IMG/VR virus record: IMGVR_UViG_2571042804_000002
Coordinates: 4,662 to 68,661 of that record
DNA from: a virus
Taxonomy: Duplodnaviria > Caudoviricetes
DNA: 64,000 nt
Direction: 5' to 3' (one strand)
Part shown: positions 59,807 through 64,000 of the stretch, one piece after another
How the letters are laid out: every line of letters starts with the position of its first letter
Numbering within the stretch: the first letter of the stretch is position 1
Notes under the pieces: model-generated
What the model was told of the DNA's origin: nothing
Database searches by the model: none
What the model saw: the letters and a program-made list of their open reading frames with translations, nothing else
Made by a program: the position numbers and the translations under genes

Positions 59807-61012
59807 ATGTGGATTGAAAAATTTAAAAACAAAAATAACGAAACTAAATACAGATATTACGAGAAGTACAAAGATCCATACACAGATAAATGGAAGCGCG
59901 TAAGTGTTGTGTTGAACAAGAATACAAAACAATCTCAAAAAGAAGCAATGTTTCGTTTAGAAGAAAAAATAAAAGAAAAACTGAACAACAAGTCGTCAAG
60001 CGAATTAAAAACTTTGACTTTTCACGCGCTATTAGATGAATGGCTTGAATATCATATAAAAACATCAGGTTCAAAGTTGACTACTCTTAATAATATAAAA
60101 ATAAGAATTAGAAACATTAAACGATACAGCTCTGAGAACTTGCTTTTAAACAAACTAGATACAAAATATATGCAGATATTTATTAATAAATTATCAGATA
60201 TCTATTCTCAAAATCAAGTAACCCGTCAACTCGGAGATATGAAAGGAGCTATTAAATATGCAGTTAAATTTTACAATTATCCAAATGAATATTTGTTAAC
60301 TAATGTCAAAATTCCTAAAAGAAGAAAAACAATAGAGGATATCGAAAAAGATGAATCTAAAATGTACAACTATTTAGAAATGAACCAAGTCCTACAGATA
60401 CGTGATCATATACTAAATGATAATAAGTTACACAAGCGAAATCGCATTTTAATTGCCAGCATCTTAGAAGTACAGGCTTTAACTGGTATGCGCATAGGAG
60501 AACTACAAGCACTGCAGGAAAAAGATATAGATTTATTAAACAAAACTATTAATATAACAGGTACAATTCACCGCATTAAATACGAGGAAGGATTCGGATA
60601 CAAAGACACTACAAAGACTATAAGTTCAAAAAGAAGTATCAGCATCAATTCTAGAACCGTAGAAATTTTTAAAAAGATAATACTGGAAAACAAAATGTTG
60701 AAAAGATGGAATTCGAGCTATGTTGACAGAGGGTTCATATTCACAACAAAAAAAGGGAATCCTTTATGTAATAATCAAATCGCCGGTGTGCTTAAGAAAA
60801 CTACAAAAGCTTTAAATATGAATAAGAAAGTTACCACGCACACATTTAGACATACACACATAACTTTATTAGTAGAAATGAATGTTTCTTTAAAAGCAAT
60901 TATGAAAAGGGTAGGACATGTAGATGAAAAAACAACCATTCGCATATATACTCATGTAACTGAAAAAATGGATAGAGAACTAACTCAAAAACTCGAAAAC
61001 ATTCCAAGTTAG
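59807..61012 (+). CDS. int: Prophage tyrosine integrase (Sa2int type)
   Basis: TGMRIGE, HTFRH, VGH, IYTH; recognised MWIEKFKNKNNETKYRYYEKY N-terminus. Confidence 0.95.
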   Translation: MWIEKFKNKNNETKYRYYEKYKDPYTDKWKRVSVVLNKNTKQSQKEAMFRLEEKIKEKLNNKSSSELKTLTFHALLDEWLEYHIKTSGSKLTTLNNIKIRIRNIKRYSSENLLLNKLDTKYMQIFINKLSDIYSQNQVTRQLGDMKGAIKYAVKFYNYPNEYLLTNVKIPKRRKTIEDIEKDESKMYNYLEMNQVLQIRDHILNDNKLHKRNRILIASILEVQALTGMRIGELQALQEKDIDLLNKTINITGTIHRIKYEEGFGYKDTTKTISSKRSISINSRTVEIFKKIILENKMLKRWNSSYVDRGFIFTTKKGNPLCNNQIAGVLKKTTKALNMNKKVTTHTFRHTHITLLVEMNVSLKAIMKRVGHVDEKTTIRIYTHVTEKMDRELTQKLENIPS

Positions 61013-61020
61013 CTTAAATC

Positions 61021-61038
61021 TGCCCTTTTTTTGCCCTT
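61021..61038 (+). repeat. TGCCCTT direct repeat, candidate integrase arm sites
   Basis: TGCCCTTTTTTTGCCCTT between int stop and att core. Confidence 0.45.
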
Positions 61039-61054
61039 ATATTTTTTACAAGCT

Positions 61055-63082
61055 TTATAAAACGCTTGAGAACACTGGCGTTAAAGCTTTTCTTGAAATA
61101 AACATATCATCATAATGTGATGGTTCAAATAACATCTGTACAATCAAAGGCTTCATGTTCTTAACAATATCATCTAAATGGTTATCTAAAATTGGTGACA
61201 CTGCTTTTAAATCATTAAGAAATGGCTCCCATTTGCCTAAAGTATTATCTAATTCTTCTAATTTAGTTTTAATATAATTACAAGTTACATTAGGAATCAG
61301 GGACAAAAATTCTTTCTTTTTTACATTTAACATTTCAATTGCATGTCTTAAATTCTTACGTATTTTGGGAATTGTATTAATCAAATATTTTATTACATCA
61401 ACAATTTTCGATGCATATTCATCATATATACTTTGAACATAGTCTGCTATTTTTTTAATACCATCATCGATATGGTCTTTTAATATTTTCATTTTTCTTC
61501 CTAAATAATTAGAAGGTATAACTAGACCCTGTACCATATTTTCGCCGCTACAATTAATTTGGAAATTCCCATCTAAAATTGTTGCATCTTGTTGTTTCAT
61601 AATACTTCTAATTTCTGCAATTTGCCTACCATAAATATCATTTTGATTTTTTATTCGCTCTATATTCTGTTTCACTACTTTCAAATGTTTCATCATTTCT
61701 TCAGATACTCCATCTCTGAAGTCGTGATCTATATTTTTGAAAATTTCTAAAATTTCATTATCTATACTATCATACACTTTTTCTATAAAAGATTTTATAC
61801 CTTTAAACAACTCATTAATTCTTTCTTTTAATGCATCCAATGCAAAATCAGGTAATAAGTGTTTAACAGCACTAATACTTTCTATTGTTTCATCTGCAAC
61901 TTCTTCAAGTGAGTTTATTTTACTAATTAAAGTTCTTTCCATTTCTTCTAATTGAAATAAGTTAATCTTATCCTTAAATCCTTCTGATAATTGTTGCTTT
62001 CTATCTGCAAAATTTTTATTTTCATTTTCTGAGATGTTAAAACTTTCATTTAAAAAGATTACGCATTCTGCTAACATACCACTAGTTTCACCAGTAATCA
62101 GTTTACTCAACGCATCAAGATTTTCTAAATTAAGTTTAATTAAAGTTCCTCTTCCAGAACGTGCAATCGAATCCCCTGTCCAAACATTTATCGGAATTCG
62201 CCCATCCATATCTAATGTTATGTTAATAGTCTTTTTTACTTTTTTTCCATTTTTAATTTCTGTATCTTTTACCGACTTAATTTTGATTAGTGGTACAGTA
62301 TCGTATGTGTTGTCTTTTCTATTTAACTTCCTTTTATAACCTACATGGCTGTCTATTAAAGCATCTAACCTGGGCACACCATCACTAATGTTAACGCGTT
62401 TTCCTGGCATATCTTTGATGAATGGATCTTGTAACCATGTTAATAAATCGTTGGTACTATTAAAACTAATCATATTATCAAAGCGTGGTCTAGCAAATTT
62501 CTGCCAAGCAGCATAAGGTACCATTGCTGGGTCAGTAGCAACAACTTTTTCATTTGGATGTTTCGCTCCTTGATATTTTGCTCCTGAACCGCCTTCCGAA
62601 TTACCGCCATCCGCCACAATGGTTTTGTTTTTGTAATTATTTGGACTAACACCATATTTTTGTGTAAAGTTATACTTACTTAATTTATTAGCGTCATTTA
62701 GTTTGTCTCTATATAAATCTGCAAATTCGTCTGATTGCTTAAGATAATCCGTTGACTTATTACTATTATCCATTAATTTCGCATTTTGTAACCAATCATC
62801 TCCGATATCTAAAGATTTTAATGGATTATTAGGGTTTATTGCCTCATTAGATGTTCCTTGATAAATCATGGTTTGTTCACCAGTTGGTTTTCCTTTTTCA
62901 TCCAACAATTCATAAATTTTTAAATCTGAGGCACCTTTTTTATTTTTATTTCCATTATCATTATATTCATCAACCTGCTTAAATCTTTTTCCGTTAACTG
63001 TAAAATCATTATCTTTATTGATGTCTTGATAAACCCAGTAACTACTCAATTCTGTTAAGTCTCTATCATTAATTTTATTCAT
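61055..63082 (-). CDS. Host SA1320-like protein: N-terminal lipase fold + helical C-terminus (putative T7SS toxin); C-terminus replaced at att
   Basis: YQGT...DDW...GNSEGG (GxSxG), NDLL, SH; long helical tail; att core within last codons. Confidence 0.7.
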   Translation of the reverse strand: MNKINDRDLTELSSYWVYQDINKDNDFTVNGKRFKQVDEYNDNGNKNKKGASDLKIYELLDEKGKPTGEQTMIYQGTSNEAINPNNPLKSLDIGDDWLQNAKLMDNSNKSTDYLKQSDEFADLYRDKLNDANKLSKYNFTQKYGVSPNNYKNKTIVADGGNSEGGSGAKYQGAKHPNEKVVATDPAMVPYAAWQKFARPRFDNMISFNSTNDLLTWLQDPFIKDMPGKRVNISDGVPRLDALIDSHVGYKRKLNRKDNTYDTVPLIKIKSVKDTEIKNGKKVKKTINITLDMDGRIPINVWTGDSIARSGRGTLIKLNLENLDALSKLITGETSGMLAECVIFLNESFNISENENKNFADRKQQLSEGFKDKINLFQLEEMERTLISKINSLEEVADETIESISAVKHLLPDFALDALKERINELFKGIKSFIEKVYDSIDNEILEIFKNIDHDFRDGVSEEMMKHLKVVKQNIERIKNQNDIYGRQIAEIRSIMKQQDATILDGNFQINCSGENMVQGLVIPSNYLGRKMKILKDHIDDGIKKIADYVQSIYDEYASKIVDVIKYLINTIPKIRKNLRHAIEMLNVKKKEFLSLIPNVTCNYIKTKLEELDNTLGKWEPFLNDLKAVSPILDNHLDDIVKNMKPLIVQMLFEPSHYDDMFISRKALTPVFSSVL
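61096..61124 (-). other. Prophage att core ACCATCACATTATGATGATATGTTTATTT
   Basis: Matches the recalled 29-bp Sa2 core; 84 bp beyond int stop; partner copy not in window. Confidence 0.85.
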
Positions 63083-64000
63083 CTTCAAATGCTCCAAACG
63101 ACACTACTTTCTTATCATCAAAACGAGCTTTTTTTGTGCCAATAAGTTTATTTCCTAATTGAGTAGTTATAGTATTCTTGATTGGCATATCTTTTGTTCT
63201 TTCAATTTTCTCGGATAAATCTATTACATTATTTATCTTTTCTTTTCTATTTTTTTATCATTCGTACTAAACAACGTTGCTACTGTATTACTATTAGCAG
63301 TATAATCTAACTCTTTTCTAGCTCGTTGCATACCCTCTTTAAATTCTTTATCATTTTTATGAATCAACGGTTCGTAATATTTACGATATTCTTTTAAGTT
63401 TCTTGATAAATATGTGATATAAAAGTATTCATTTTGATATCCAACGTTTTGTGTCTTGTTAATTGCCTCTTTTGTAAAGCCTGTATATTGATATTTCTTT
63501 TCATTTTCTTTGAAGAATTTATATAAGTTATCATACTTTTCTTTTTGCGCTCGATATTCAAAGCCACTCAGCACTGTACCCACCATCATACTCATATCAT
63601 CACCATTGTCATTACTGCGCATTGATCCTTTTTGATGGATGGCATCTTTGTACAAAGGTAGACTTGCATTAAATACAATGCCATGATCTTCGCAATGCAC
63701 ATAAACTTCTACACCATCATCTTTACCTACAACATTTGTAGCTTTAACTTTTAGTCCAAAGTTATCTTTAAAGAATTGTTCACCTACTTTTTCAAATTCT
63801 TTACGATGCTTCTTCGCAAATTCAATCGCATCTTTTTCTGCAGGTGGTTGGAAGCCTTGTCCTACATATTTTGAAGCTTCCATTTCTTCTGGTACTGATT
63901 TTGTTTCTGTATTCGTGTCTTTACTTGATTCATTTTCCATCATGGAACATCCCCCTAAAATTAATGTCGTAGCTAAAACTGATCCAATGAATTTTTTCAT
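63075..64000 (-). pseudogene. DUF1672-family lipoprotein, frameshifted near 3' end
   Basis: LGGC lipobox, YVGQGFQP; A7 at 63250..63256, where A8 restores a 308-aa ORF whose stop overlaps the next ATG. Confidence 0.75.

Larger units (their letters stand above)
1..61124 (-). mobile_element. Sa2int-type Staphylococcus aureus prophage (phi12/phiSLT-like), other end outside window, interrupted by Tn916
   Basis: Complete siphovirus module order (int-immunity-replication-packaging-head-tail-lysis); Sa2-type integrase and 29-bp att core at 61096..61124. Confidence 0.96.

Overview
Staphylococcus aureus chromosomal window. Nearly all of it (1..61124) is a Sa2int-type (phi12/phiSLT/phiSa2-like) siphovirus prophage in reverse orientation. 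From left to right it holds lysis, tail, head, packaging, family-A DNA polymerase/VirE replication, and lysogeny/integrase modules. The far prophage end lies outside the window. A full-length Tn916 ICE carrying tet(M) (19387..37420) sits inside the phage ClpP-type prohead protease gene, between the catalytic Ser and His. Its 6-bp coupling sequence falls exactly on two codons, so either excision product restores the reading frame. Tn916 orf15 has a poly-A frameshift. The prophage att core lies in the 3' part of a host lipase-motif (SA1320-like) gene, and the upstream DUF1672 lipoprotein is also frameshifted. Two observations stand out. (1) The major capsid and major tail genes both end in TTACCCAGCTAA followed by homologous 21-aa +1-frame extensions. 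These look like the missing A/B strands of a split FN3 domain carried by the adjacent Ig-domain protein, suggesting a plug-and-socket virion decoration system. (2) The Tn916 insertion could act as a reversible gate on phage morphogenesis. All family assignments come from motif reading and recall; no database searches were run.
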